Positions 38,042-47,025 of a stretch of DNA of 64,000 nt are shown here, one piece after another. The stretch is taken from assembly GCA_963665295.1 (NCBI GenBank), contig OY762209.1, positions 3,424,001-3,488,000 of the forward strand, read 5' to 3'. The notes beneath the pieces are model-generated. The model saw only the letters and a program-made list of their open reading frames with translations. It did not search any database and was not told the DNA's origin. The DNA is from Syntrophorhabdaceae bacterium (GTDB taxonomy: Bacteria > Desulfobacterota > Syntrophorhabdia > Syntrophorhabdales > Syntrophorhabdaceae). Made by a program: the position numbers and the translations under genes. Position 1 is the first letter of the stretch. Each line of letters opens with the position of its first letter.

Positions 38042-40462
38042 ATGAAAGGCGAGGATAGACCTAAAGAGCAACTTATCGAAGAGATTGCCCGTCTTCGCGG
38101 GCAGTTGAGCCGGTTTGAGAAGGCAGAAGCCGCTCGGAAAAACGAAAACGAGGGGTCGGAGCGCTCTGCGCCGGGGCTTTCCCTCCAACAGGACATCCAT
38201 TTACTCCAGACCCTTATCGACGCGGTTCCTACACCCATATTTTGCAAAGAGCCCGGCCTCACTTATCTTGCGGCGAACCGGGCGTTCGCGGAATATGTCC
38301 GCTTTCCGCAAGAGCGCCTGGCGGGTCGTACCGTCCACGATGTGTTGCCGAAAGACGAAGCGGACAGGCACCACAGCAGAGATGTGGCGCTCCTTGAAGA
38401 AGGAGGGAACGTCTCTTACGAGTTCCACATCCTCCATGCCGATGGCACCCTCCATAATGTGATCACCAACAAGGGTTTGTTCAGGACGCCCGACGGAACT
38501 ACGGGCGGGATCTTCGGTGTGATCACCGACGTTACCGAGAAGAAGAATACGCAGGAGGAACTTGAGCGCCAGGGTCATATCCTCGACATTATGACCAATC
38601 AGATGGAGGATATGGTCTACTATAAGGACAAGGATTTCCGGTACGTCTTCAGCAGCAAGCCTCATTGTGAGCGGGTGTTGAGGTGCTCTCAGGAAGAATG
38701 TATAGGCCGTACCGACCGGGAGATCGTGCTGCTGGGCAGACATGGAGGAGAGAAAGGCCCCGAAGAAGTCTACGGAAGGAGCGACACGGAGACGCAAGGG
38801 GCAGGCAGACCCTCCAAATTTGAGGAACTTGTCGTATTGGGCGATGAGAAGATGTGGCTTGAGATCTATAATACGCCCCTCTATGGCGAGGACGGGGAGT
38901 TTGCGGGAATCGTGGGTTCTTCGAGAGACATTACGGAGCGAAAACGAAGCGAACAGAGGTTGAAGGAGTCGGAAGAACGCCTGAGACTGGTTATAGAGGG
39001 TACGGATGATGTGATCACCCTGCAGGATAGAGAGGGCAGGTTCTTGTATTACAACGGGACGCACAGGTACGGGCAGGAGGGCGGAGACTTTGTGGGAAAG
39101 ACTCCCCATGACGTATTCCAACCCGCCGAAGCATTGAGACTGATGGAACACGTGAACCATGTATTTAATACAGGGCGAAGCCTGACCACCGAGGAAGAGG
39201 TCATGGGCGATGGAGAACGGCTCTGGTTCAACGTGAACTGCTATCCCATAAAAGATGACAAATTGAACGTGGTTTCCGTGGCCACTATCTCCCGCAACAT
39301 TACGGATCGTAAAGGAATGGAAGAAAACCTGATAAAGTCCCAGAAACTCGAGTCGGTAGGGACTCTGGCAGGGGGTATCGCACATGATTTCAACAACATC
39401 CTCACAGTTATCCTGGGGAATATTACCCTTGCGAAGATGTCGATCGATCCGGATAATAAGGCCGTCAAGAGGTTGAGGGATGCGGAGAAGGCAACCATGA
39501 GAGCGAAAGACCTTACGCAACAACTGCTGACCTTTGCGAAGGGGGGAGAGCCTTTCAAAAGGACAGTCTCTATCGACCGTTTGATTGAAGATTCTGTCAA
39601 CTTATCTTTGAGCGGGTCGAATCTGAAATGCGACTACGAGGTTGCGGACAACCTCTACCCGGTGTTGATTGATGAAGGTCAGATACGCCAGGTAATCCAT
39701 AATGTCATGATCAACGCGAAAGAGGCCATGCCTTCCGGGGGCGTCGTTACCATCCGTGCGAAGAATGTGGTCCTCGGCGCAGAGAACGACCTTGCCCTGG
39801 AACGGGGCTATTACGTACGCATAGATATTGTAGACAGAGGCCCGGGAATTCCGGGTTCCTATCTTCCGAAGATATTCGACCCCTATTTCACAACAAAGGA
39901 AATGGGGAGTACAAAGGGTACGGGTCTGGGACTGGCGATCTGTTATTCCATTGTGAGAAAACACAAAGGGCACATCAAGGTGGAATCCAATGTCGGCGTG
40001 GGGACAACCTTTGCCATCTACCTGCCGGCATCCGAGAGGGATTCGGCGGGCGATGAAGAGACGGAGGATCGTCGCGTGCAGAACAAGGGCAGGGTCCTGC
40101 TCATGGACGATGAGGAGATGATAAGGGAGATTACCGCCGAGATACTGAGCGCCCTCGGGTACGATGCGGAGTTTGCGAAGAACGGAGACGAAGCCATCTG
40201 TATATATGAAGATGCCGCGAAGTCGGGCCGGCGGTTCGACGTGGTGATACTCGATCTCACCATTCCCGGGGGGATGGGGGGGAAAGAGGCAATACAGCGG
40301 CTCATTGACATCGACCCCGAGGTCAAGGGGATCGTGTCGAGCGGATACTCGAACGACCCTGTCATGGCGGAGTTCCGGCAGTTCGGCTTCTCGGGGATCA
40401 TTACAAAACCTTTCAAAATAGAAGAATTGAGTGAGGTTCTGCGAAGCATCATAGCGAGGTGA
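38042..40462 (+). CDS. Cytoplasmic hybrid sensor histidine kinase (3 PAS + HisKA + HATPase + REC)
   Basis: PAS ends DVTEKK, DITERK and NITDRK; H-box LAGGIAHDFNN; DRGPGI, FDPYFTTK, GTGLGL; receiver LMDDE...ILDL...KPF. The start is approximate. Confidence 0.93.
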   Translation: MKGEDRPKEQLIEEIARLRGQLSRFEKAEAARKNENEGSERSAPGLSLQQDIHLLQTLIDAVPTPIFCKEPGLTYLAANRAFAEYVRFPQERLAGRTVHDVLPKDEADRHHSRDVALLEEGGNVSYEFHILHADGTLHNVITNKGLFRTPDGTTGGIFGVITDVTEKKNTQEELERQGHILDIMTNQMEDMVYYKDKDFRYVFSSKPHCERVLRCSQEECIGRTDREIVLLGRHGGEKGPEEVYGRSDTETQGAGRPSKFEELVVLGDEKMWLEIYNTPLYGEDGEFAGIVGSSRDITERKRSEQRLKESEERLRLVIEGTDDVITLQDREGRFLYYNGTHRYGQEGGDFVGKTPHDVFQPAEALRLMEHVNHVFNTGRSLTTEEEVMGDGERLWFNVNCYPIKDDKLNVVSVATISRNITDRKGMEENLIKSQKLESVGTLAGGIAHDFNNILTVILGNITLAKMSIDPDNKAVKRLRDAEKATMRAKDLTQQLLTFAKGGEPFKRTVSIDRLIEDSVNLSLSGSNLKCDYEVADNLYPVLIDEGQIRQVIHNVMINAKEAMPSGGVVTIRAKNVVLGAENDLALERGYYVRIDIVDRGPGIPGSYLPKIFDPYFTTKEMGSTKGTGLGLAICYSIVRKHKGHIKVESNVGVGTTFAIYLPASERDSAGDEETEDRRVQNKGRVLLMDDEEMIREITAEILSALGYDAEFAKNGDEAICIYEDAAKSGRRFDVVILDLTIPGGMGGKEAIQRLIDIDPEVKGIVSSGYSNDPVMAEFRQFGFSGIITKPFKIEELSEVLRSIIAR

Positions 40463-40570
40463 TTCAGGTCCCGGAGAAGTGTCCTGCAGGATTACTGATT
40501 TCCGGCCGCGTGTGTGTTATATAGATTACGCAAAATGGAGAAGCTAAGGCCATCATTCCGAGGAGGGAGC

Positions 40571-41155
40571 ATGGAAGAGAGGGAAATGACCCAGAGGTTC
40601 TGCGATCTGTTCGGCGATATTCTGTTAATCGTGAAAGATGTGGAGAAAGGTTTTTTCACGCTGAACACAAGGCTGGTAAAAGAGGGCCACGAGAAATTCA
40701 GGGGTCTCCTTAAGTCCAGACTTCCGTACGCGGAGAAGGTTGTGGAAGAAAAGGAGAAGACCGGGATACAGATGAAATACGTGAATCTCATCATCCCTTT
40801 TCAGACCATAGCGTTGGGGCTGGAAAACCTTATGGACAGGATGGAAGTGAAACTGGACGCAAATATCCTGTTCAGCGAAAAGGCTACGAAGGAGATAAAG
40901 GAACTCTTCTCCCTTATGGAGAGCCAGATGCGGGATCTGAAGGATTACATACTCACAAGGAACCCCCATCTTCTGCAACTTGTCGGACAGGACGTGGAAG
41001 AGATGAGAAGCCTTATCGACGAGTACACAATCGTCCATCAGAACAGGTTGATCGCAGGCGTATGCATGCCCAAGGCATCGTATCTGTATATTGATATTAC
41101 TGATTCCATGAAGAGGGTGGCCAAAGGCCTCGCGGAATTCTCGGAAAGGGTGTGA
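40571..41155 (+). CDS. PhoU-like helical domain protein
   Basis: All-helical pattern. The C-terminal HQNRLIAGVCMPKASYLYIDITDSMKRV resembles the PhoU domains of Na/Pi cotransporters. AGGAGG RBS. Confidence 0.65.
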   Translation: MEEREMTQRFCDLFGDILLIVKDVEKGFFTLNTRLVKEGHEKFRGLLKSRLPYAEKVVEEKEKTGIQMKYVNLIIPFQTIALGLENLMDRMEVKLDANILFSEKATKEIKELFSLMESQMRDLKDYILTRNPHLLQLVGQDVEEMRSLIDEYTIVHQNRLIAGVCMPKASYLYIDITDSMKRVAKGLAEFSERV

Positions 41156-41252
41156 CGTCCTGCTATCGGGAACGCTTCCGGGCGACCTCGCAGAGAGGAT
41201 AAGGAAACGGGCCGTTGTACAAAGAGTCAGGGGAGGGCGGTTTCGGGGGGAA

Positions 41253-42521
41253 GTGTATCTCGTCGGCGGCGCCATTAGGGAGATTGCTCTCGGCGGTGCC
41301 CCCAGGGATTATGACTTTGTCGTCAACCGCGAAGAAGACTTTCGGGAGTTCGAGGCCATTTTTTCCGCATCAGCCTTCATTCTTGGAAAGAAGGCCCTCC
41401 AGACCCACAGAATGGTTTTTGGCGACCTGTCCCTTGACATCGGCCTGTTCCACGGGACCATCGAGGAGGACTGCAGGCGAAGGGATTTTACCATCAACGC
41501 CATCGCCTTCGACGTGATGAGAAACAAATTGATCGATCCCCTGGGAGGACTCCGGGACCTCGACAAGAGGATCATCAGGTATCCCCACAGGCAGGTGCTT
41601 GCGGATGATCCGTTGAGAATGCTCAAAGCCGTCCGTCATTTCTGCACTCTCGACGGTTTTTCCTTAGACCCGGAGCTTGTGACAACCATCCGTGAATTGA
41701 AATCTCTTGTCCATGAGACAGCGCCGGAAAGGGTCAAATACGAACTGGATCAGATCATAGTCTCAGCCAGGGCCTTCGAAGGACTGAAAGCGCTGGAGGC
41801 GACAGACCTCCTTTTCGAGCTTTTCCCTGACCTCGGCGCTCTCAGACGGATGGATTTCGAGAAAGGTTTCGTTCTCGAGACACTGGGCCACATGGTAGAC
41901 GGGTTCAAGTACCTTAAGAAGTATGGCGACCTCTACGGTCTCGACGAGAAGATGCTCAGGCAAGTGGGTTATGCCTTTCTTTTCCACGACCTCGGGAAGG
42001 CCTTCACATTTTCATATGACGAGGAGAAAGAGGCCGTCCACTTCTTCTATCATGAACGGTATTCCCGGGATCTTGCGTCAACCATTATGGAAAGACTCCG
42101 TTTCAGCGTTCAGGAGACAAGGGCCGTCCTCGCCCTGATAGAGAACCACATGAGAATTTTCCTCATAAGCGGCAGCGAATCGACGGAGAGAGCGGTAAGA
42201 AGGCTCGTGTATAAGATGGGGGATTTGACCCCCCATCTTATTGTCCATTCTATGTGTGACATGTACGGCAGTTCGGGCGGCACAGAGAACGACTCCACGA
42301 GACGCGTGGAGGAGAGATGCACCGGCATACTTCGCACCTACCATGAATGGAAGGAGGAGCCTTTGCCGAGACTCATCGGCGGGAACGATCTCCTCTCCCT
42401 CGGTTTCCGGCCGGGCCCCCTTGTTGGAACGATTCTTGCGGATATACGGGACAAACAAATATTGGGAGAGATCAAGGAAAAGGATGAGGCCCTGCAATAC
42501 GCCCGGTCTTTTCTGAAGTAA
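41253..42521 (+). CDS. Class II tRNA nucleotidyltransferase (CCA/poly(A) polymerase family) with HD domain
   Basis: YLVGGAIRE, RDYDF, RRDFTINA, DDPLRML, ERVKYEL, HDLGK, GFRPGP. The true start is probably further upstream. Confidence 0.9.
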   Translation: MYLVGGAIREIALGGAPRDYDFVVNREEDFREFEAIFSASAFILGKKALQTHRMVFGDLSLDIGLFHGTIEEDCRRRDFTINAIAFDVMRNKLIDPLGGLRDLDKRIIRYPHRQVLADDPLRMLKAVRHFCTLDGFSLDPELVTTIRELKSLVHETAPERVKYELDQIIVSARAFEGLKALEATDLLFELFPDLGALRRMDFEKGFVLETLGHMVDGFKYLKKYGDLYGLDEKMLRQVGYAFLFHDLGKAFTFSYDEEKEAVHFFYHERYSRDLASTIMERLRFSVQETRAVLALIENHMRIFLISGSESTERAVRRLVYKMGDLTPHLIVHSMCDMYGSSGGTENDSTRRVEERCTGILRTYHEWKEEPLPRLIGGNDLLSLGFRPGPLVGTILADIRDKQILGEIKEKDEALQYARSFLK

Positions 42522-42731
42522 GTCGTGCCTTGATGTGATCCGACGGCGCAGCGGCGGCCTTTTCGGTCCCGATGGCTCCGTGACTCGGGTCCCCTCAACC
42601 ATGACTTTGCAATAAGGGGCCGGTTTCTTCCTGACTTAATCGTCGCTCTATATAATGATCTTAAATAACAATGGCTTGTTGGAATAGGTAGACCGATAGT
42701 AAGACCTTCTACGGAGTCGCAAGGAGGAAAC

Positions 42732-42916
42732 ATGAACTCAGTACTGGTCCTTGGTTTTATCTGAAGAACAGACTTACCATACAGGAACACTATCTGAAGG
42801 TAATACGCGAGGCATTCAAGGGACAGATACTGGCGTCCGTCGCGGAGATGGAGAGGGACGTGACCGGGCTCGTGATGATCGAAAAGGTCGCGAAGAGTAT
42901 GTTCGGCTATTTTTAA
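42732..42916 (+). pseudogene. Deletion scar: 10-codon hydrophobic N-terminal stub joined out of frame to the last ~52 codons of an ArsA-family gene
   Basis: AAGGAGG + ATG gives MNSVLVLGFI* (42732-42764). The -1 frame (42758-42916) has no start codon and reads YLKNRLTIQEHYLKVIREAFKGQILASVAEMERDVTGLVMIEKVAKSMFGYF*, which aligns without gaps to the C-terminus of the downstream ArsA. Confidence 0.8.
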
Positions 42917-42941
42917 AAGAGGGCCGATAAGGAGTCTTACG

Positions 42942-43928
42942 ATGAATCAGATCAGTATCAGCATGACGAGGTACATGAATGACCACCCTAAACTGAAATA
43001 CATCTTTTTTGGGGGCAAAGGAGGCGTAGGGAAGACCGTCATGGCGGGTGCCGCCGCGTTGTGGGCCGCGAGAGAGGGGAAGAAGACCCTTCTTGCTTCT
43101 ACGAACCCTGTGCATAGTCTTTCCAATCTTCTTGAAAAGGACGTTTTCGGTAAGGTCGCCGTTGTCTGTGACGAGGAGAAATGCTTTGCCTTCGAGATCG
43201 ATACCAAAGACACCATCGAACGGTCAAAGCAGGAAATACGTGAAAAGATAAACTGGTTTCTGAAATTTGCCGACCTTACCACTAAAGCGGACGAGTTCAT
43301 TGAATCGGCGACCATGAATCCGGCCTTTGAGGAGTCCGCCACGTTTGAGAACATGACTGATCTCATGTTCAAAGATGAGTACGATTTTTATGTCTTCGAC
43401 ACGGCTCCTACAGCAAACGCGCGACGGCTCCTGGGCATGTCCAAGGTATATTCCCTATGGGTGGACAAGATGCTCAAGAGCAGGGAGGAAGCGAAATCCT
43501 TGAGGGAATTACTCTCCTTCTCGAAGAAGAAGAAGGAGGAGGACCCTCTCATGGATTACCTCCTCGGGTTCAAGGACCGTATGGCCAGGGCACAGAGTCT
43601 GCTCACCGACGACAACCTCACGGCCTTCTTCTTTGCCACGTTGCCGAAAAGCCTCCCTATAGCGGTTATCACGCGATTTATAAACTGGTTCTACGAGTTC
43701 GGCATTCCGGTAGGAGGTGTTTTGGTCAATGGGGTAATCCAGAAGGAGCTTGTCCGGGAGGACGTTGCGGAATTCGTCAAACACCGCGTCGAGATGCAGG
43801 ATGAGCATATGGCGGAGATATGGGAGATATTCGGAGACAAAGTGAGGGCTGTCGTACCCCTCTTTGAGACGGAGGTGCGGGGCACACCCATGCTCAACTG
43901 CCTGGTGGATCATATGTTCCGCGGATAA
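42942..43928 (+). CDS. ArsA/Get3-family ATPase (single domain, atypical switch motifs)
   Basis: GGKGGVGKT deviant Walker A, STNPVHSL, FDTAPTAN, LVNG. Confidence 0.92.
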   Translation: MNQISISMTRYMNDHPKLKYIFFGGKGGVGKTVMAGAAALWAAREGKKTLLASTNPVHSLSNLLEKDVFGKVAVVCDEEKCFAFEIDTKDTIERSKQEIREKINWFLKFADLTTKADEFIESATMNPAFEESATFENMTDLMFKDEYDFYVFDTAPTANARRLLGMSKVYSLWVDKMLKSREEAKSLRELLSFSKKKKEEDPLMDYLLGFKDRMARAQSLLTDDNLTAFFFATLPKSLPIAVITRFINWFYEFGIPVGGVLVNGVIQKELVREDVAEFVKHRVEMQDEHMAEIWEIFGDKVRAVVPLFETEVRGTPMLNCLVDHMFRG

Positions 43929-44055
43929 GGCCGGAAGGCTGAAACCTGTTCCGCGTACTTGTGTTTGTGCCGGTCCCCGGCCGATATTGTATCGGACCGG
44001 GGATTTCGCTATAATACGACCAGGGTTTGCACCTATGGGGACTCACGTCGCACAG

Positions 44056-44149
44056 TTATGATGCTTCGCGTAGCGCCCTCCACCGGCAGAAGCCCGGCGC
44101 AGGCGGGTACCTGGTCTTGCCCTCTCGTCACTGTGTGAGGCCGGGGGAC
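44056..44149 (-). repeat. Diverged single copy of the palindromic repeat found in tandem at 61356-61648
   Basis: CCCTCCACCGGCAGAAGCC (44076-44094) is a 19/19 reverse-complement match to the repeat unit. The flanks are also similar (GCTT..GCGT, TCTCG..GGGGGAC). Confidence 0.75.
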
Positions 44150-44232
44150 GGTTGGACTTACTTGTCGGGGCACGCTGTACCGAGCGGGTGCGGAACCCGG
44201 CGGGAATATGGTTGTCATTGTGCGGATGGGGT

Positions 44233-45021
44233 ATGAACAGACGGGAAATTGCCGCAAAAACGATCCTCACCAAAACGGGCATCAGCGGGTTTGACTACTG
44301 TGTCAATCCGTACGTGGGCTGTGAGCATGGCTGCGCCTATTGCTATGCAGGCTTTATGAAACGTTTCACGGGGCATGGGGAGCCGTGGGGCCAATTCGTC
44401 GACATCAAGGTGAACGCCCCCGAGGTCTTGAGAAGACAGGTGAAAAAGAAGCGGGGCGGAAGGTTGCTGGTGGGGACGGTTACGGATCCGTATCAACCTG
44501 CCGAAAGGGAATACCAGGTAACCAGACGGTGTCTGGAAGTGCTGGGAGACGGGACACTCGACGTGACACTGCTGACCCGGTCCCCTCTTTGCCTCAGGGA
44601 CGTGGATATTATCACGCGCATCGAGGGTATGGAAGTAGGTGTTACGGTGACCACCGACAGGGACGAAATGAGGAGGCTCTTTGAACCTTTTGCCCCTCCC
44701 ATAGAGAGCAGGATAGAGGCTCTGAGGACCCTCCATGGGGAACGGGTGAGGACTTACGCCTTCGTCGGACCCATGCTGCCCCTTGACCCTCTTCGACTCA
44801 TAGAGGCATTGAGTGGGGCCGTCGATGAGGTTCTCGTTGACAGATTGAATTACTCGAACAAGGTGAAAGCACTTTACCGGAAGGCGGATTTGACCCGCTT
44901 CCTCGATGATGCTTATTTTGTGGATACGGCTTGTGCGCTCAGGGAGGGCTTTAGGAAGGAAGGCGTCCCGGTTTCAGTCCTTTTCGGCCTGGAAGAAGGC
45001 CGGGAAGATCAGACTCTGTGA
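44233..45021 (+). CDS. Radical SAM protein, SplB/Rv2578c-like
   Basis: NPYVGCEHGCAYCYA (CxxxCxxC), GTVTDPYQPAE, FEP..P...RIEAL. Confidence 0.9.
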   Translation: MNRREIAAKTILTKTGISGFDYCVNPYVGCEHGCAYCYAGFMKRFTGHGEPWGQFVDIKVNAPEVLRRQVKKKRGGRLLVGTVTDPYQPAEREYQVTRRCLEVLGDGTLDVTLLTRSPLCLRDVDIITRIEGMEVGVTVTTDRDEMRRLFEPFAPPIESRIEALRTLHGERVRTYAFVGPMLPLDPLRLIEALSGAVDEVLVDRLNYSNKVKALYRKADLTRFLDDAYFVDTACALREGFRKEGVPVSVLFGLEEGREDQTL

Positions 45022-45047
45022 CGAAAACGATCCCAGGGAGGTAATAC

Positions 45048-45902
45048 ATGAAGACAGGTTTTATCGGGCTGGGAATGCTCGGGAAGACGATTGCGAAGAG
45101 ACTGCTTTCCCGGGGCGTGGACCTGATCGTGTGGAACCGAACCGCAGAAAAGGCGTCCGATCTCGGGGTAGAGGTGGCAGCGACACCTTATGAACTCATG
45201 AAAGAGACTGATACCGTAATTCTCAATCTCTTTGACAGCCATGCAGTCAAATCGGTAATGTCCGGAGAAAACGGCGTTTTTGCGGGTGACCTTGCGGGGA
45301 AGACCATTATCGATACCACTACGAACCACTTCACGGAGGTTGCCTTTTTTCACGAGACCGTGGCCGAGAAGGGGGGAGTCTACCTTGAGGCGCCGGTGCT
45401 CGGCAGCGTAATCCCTGCGTCCGAGGGGAATCTGACCATCCTCGTAAGCGGGAAAAGGGAGGCTTACGAACAGAAGAAGCCCCTTCTGGAACTTATGGGA
45501 AAAGAGATATTCTACCTTGAGGAACCTTCGCTCGCGACGAAGATGAAACTCATAAATAACCTTCTCCTGGGTGTTTTTATGGCCGCCATCTCAGAGGCAA
45601 CCGTTTTCGGTGAGGCTGTGGGCGTGGAAAGGGAACGGGTCCTCGACATATTTTCCAAAGGGGCGGGCAATTCCGGGGTCCTGAATGCGAAAAGGAACAA
45701 GCTTCTCACGGGGGATTTCTCGGCCCACTTCACCTCCGCCCTGATTTACAAGGACTTGCACTACCTGCAGGATCTGGCGAAGGTCCTTGGAAGGCCCTTA
45801 TTTATGGGGAGCGCGGTGAAAGAGCTTTTCGCCATGACTTTCAGGGAAAAGAAGGAAGGCCTCGATTTCTCGGCCCTGTATGAGATATTGAAGGCTCTTT
45901 AA
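45048..45902 (+). CDS. Beta-hydroxyacid dehydrogenase (3-hydroxyisobutyrate dehydrogenase family)
   Basis: GFIGLGMLG, WNRT, EAPVLGS, MKLINN, KDL. Confidence 0.92.
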   Translation: MKTGFIGLGMLGKTIAKRLLSRGVDLIVWNRTAEKASDLGVEVAATPYELMKETDTVILNLFDSHAVKSVMSGENGVFAGDLAGKTIIDTTTNHFTEVAFFHETVAEKGGVYLEAPVLGSVIPASEGNLTILVSGKREAYEQKKPLLELMGKEIFYLEEPSLATKMKLINNLLLGVFMAAISEATVFGEAVGVERERVLDIFSKGAGNSGVLNAKRNKLLTGDFSAHFTSALIYKDLHYLQDLAKVLGRPLFMGSAVKELFAMTFREKKEGLDFSALYEILKAL

Positions 45903-46134
45903 AGGGGGAGCGCTTTCGCAGGTGAGGGCCGGAATCGCCGGAAGGCCGTTTCAGGCCGTCAAGAGCCGGTCTTCCGACCCCTATTGACAAATCATGGGGG
46001 AATGGTAAAAGCTATTGTCGGCAGGAGGGTTTGTCCACTGGCGGACCGGTTTTGTCCGGAGGAAGAGGAGCCGGTTAGACGGGTTCGAAAGGGTAATGGC
46101 CTGTTGCTGCTCATGTAAAGAGAGGTGTGGTATT

Positions 46135-47013
46135 ATGAAAAGGCGCGATTTTTTAAAACTTGCCGTCTCATCACTCGTGTTAAACGGTATGGCCGCACGG
46201 GTGTTTGCGAAGGACCCGTCCGTTGTCGCCGTTTCGGAGGGGACGGATTATGCTGCAATTACGAGGAGTGTGATAGCCTCCCTCGGAGGGATCCAGAGAT
46301 TTGTGAAGCAGGGGGATGTGGTTGTGGTGAAGCCTAATATCGGGTGGGACAGAAAACCCGAATTCGGGGCGTGCACCCACCCTCTCGTGGTGCGCACCAT
46401 TGCCGAGGAATGCGTTCGCGCAGGGGCGAAGAGGGTGAAGGTCTTCGACAACCCCTGTAATGACCCCAGGAGATGTTACGAGAACAGCGGCATTCAGGCT
46501 GCATTGAAGGGACTCAAGAACGTGGAGATGAAGCATATCGAGAACGAGCGTTACAAAAACGTGAAAATGAACGGAGTATTCCTGAAGGAATGGGAGCTTT
46601 ACGACGAAGCCCTGTCCGCGAACGTTTTCATCAATGTACCGGTTGCAAAGCACCACAATCTCACCAGACTGACCTTAGGCCTCAAGAATATGATGGGGAT
46701 CATGGGAGGGAACAGGGGTTACCTGCATAGGGGCATGGATGACGCCCTTGTTGATGTGAACAGTGTGGTAAAAAGTCACCTCGTCATAATCGATGCTACC
46801 AGGATTCTCCTGAATCACGGCCCTCAGGGAGGGAGCCTCAAGGACGTGAAGGTACTCAACAAGGTGGTGGCTTCCACGGATATCGTTGCAGCCGATGCCT
46901 ATGCGACGACCTTTTTCAACCTTGTTCCCCAGGACATCTCGACCACCGTGGCTGCCTACAAGAGGGGTCTGGGAGAGATGAATCTCGGCAAGGTGAAAGT
47001 GCTGAAGGCCTGA
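46135..47013 (+). CDS. Tat-exported DUF362-domain protein
   Basis: MKRRDFLK twin-arginine motif; VVVKPNIGW, THP, INVPVAKHH, LGLKNMMG, DIVAADAY. Confidence 0.88.
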   Translation: MKRRDFLKLAVSSLVLNGMAARVFAKDPSVVAVSEGTDYAAITRSVIASLGGIQRFVKQGDVVVVKPNIGWDRKPEFGACTHPLVVRTIAEECVRAGAKRVKVFDNPCNDPRRCYENSGIQAALKGLKNVEMKHIENERYKNVKMNGVFLKEWELYDEALSANVFINVPVAKHHNLTRLTLGLKNMMGIMGGNRGYLHRGMDDALVDVNSVVKSHLVIIDATRILLNHGPQGGSLKDVKVLNKVVASTDIVAADAYATTFFNLVPQDISTTVAAYKRGLGEMNLGKVKVLKA

Positions 47014-47025
47014 AACGGGTGGTAA

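Noticed and set aside
42750..42764. Programmed -1 frameshift joining the stub to the ArsA tail
   Set aside because: There is no X-XXY-YYZ slippery heptamer, and the product would be a 60-aa fragment; a deletion explains it more simply.
42942..43928. Arsenic-resistance operon
   Set aside because: No arsB, acr3, arsC, arsD or arsR nearby; single-domain protein with atypical motifs.
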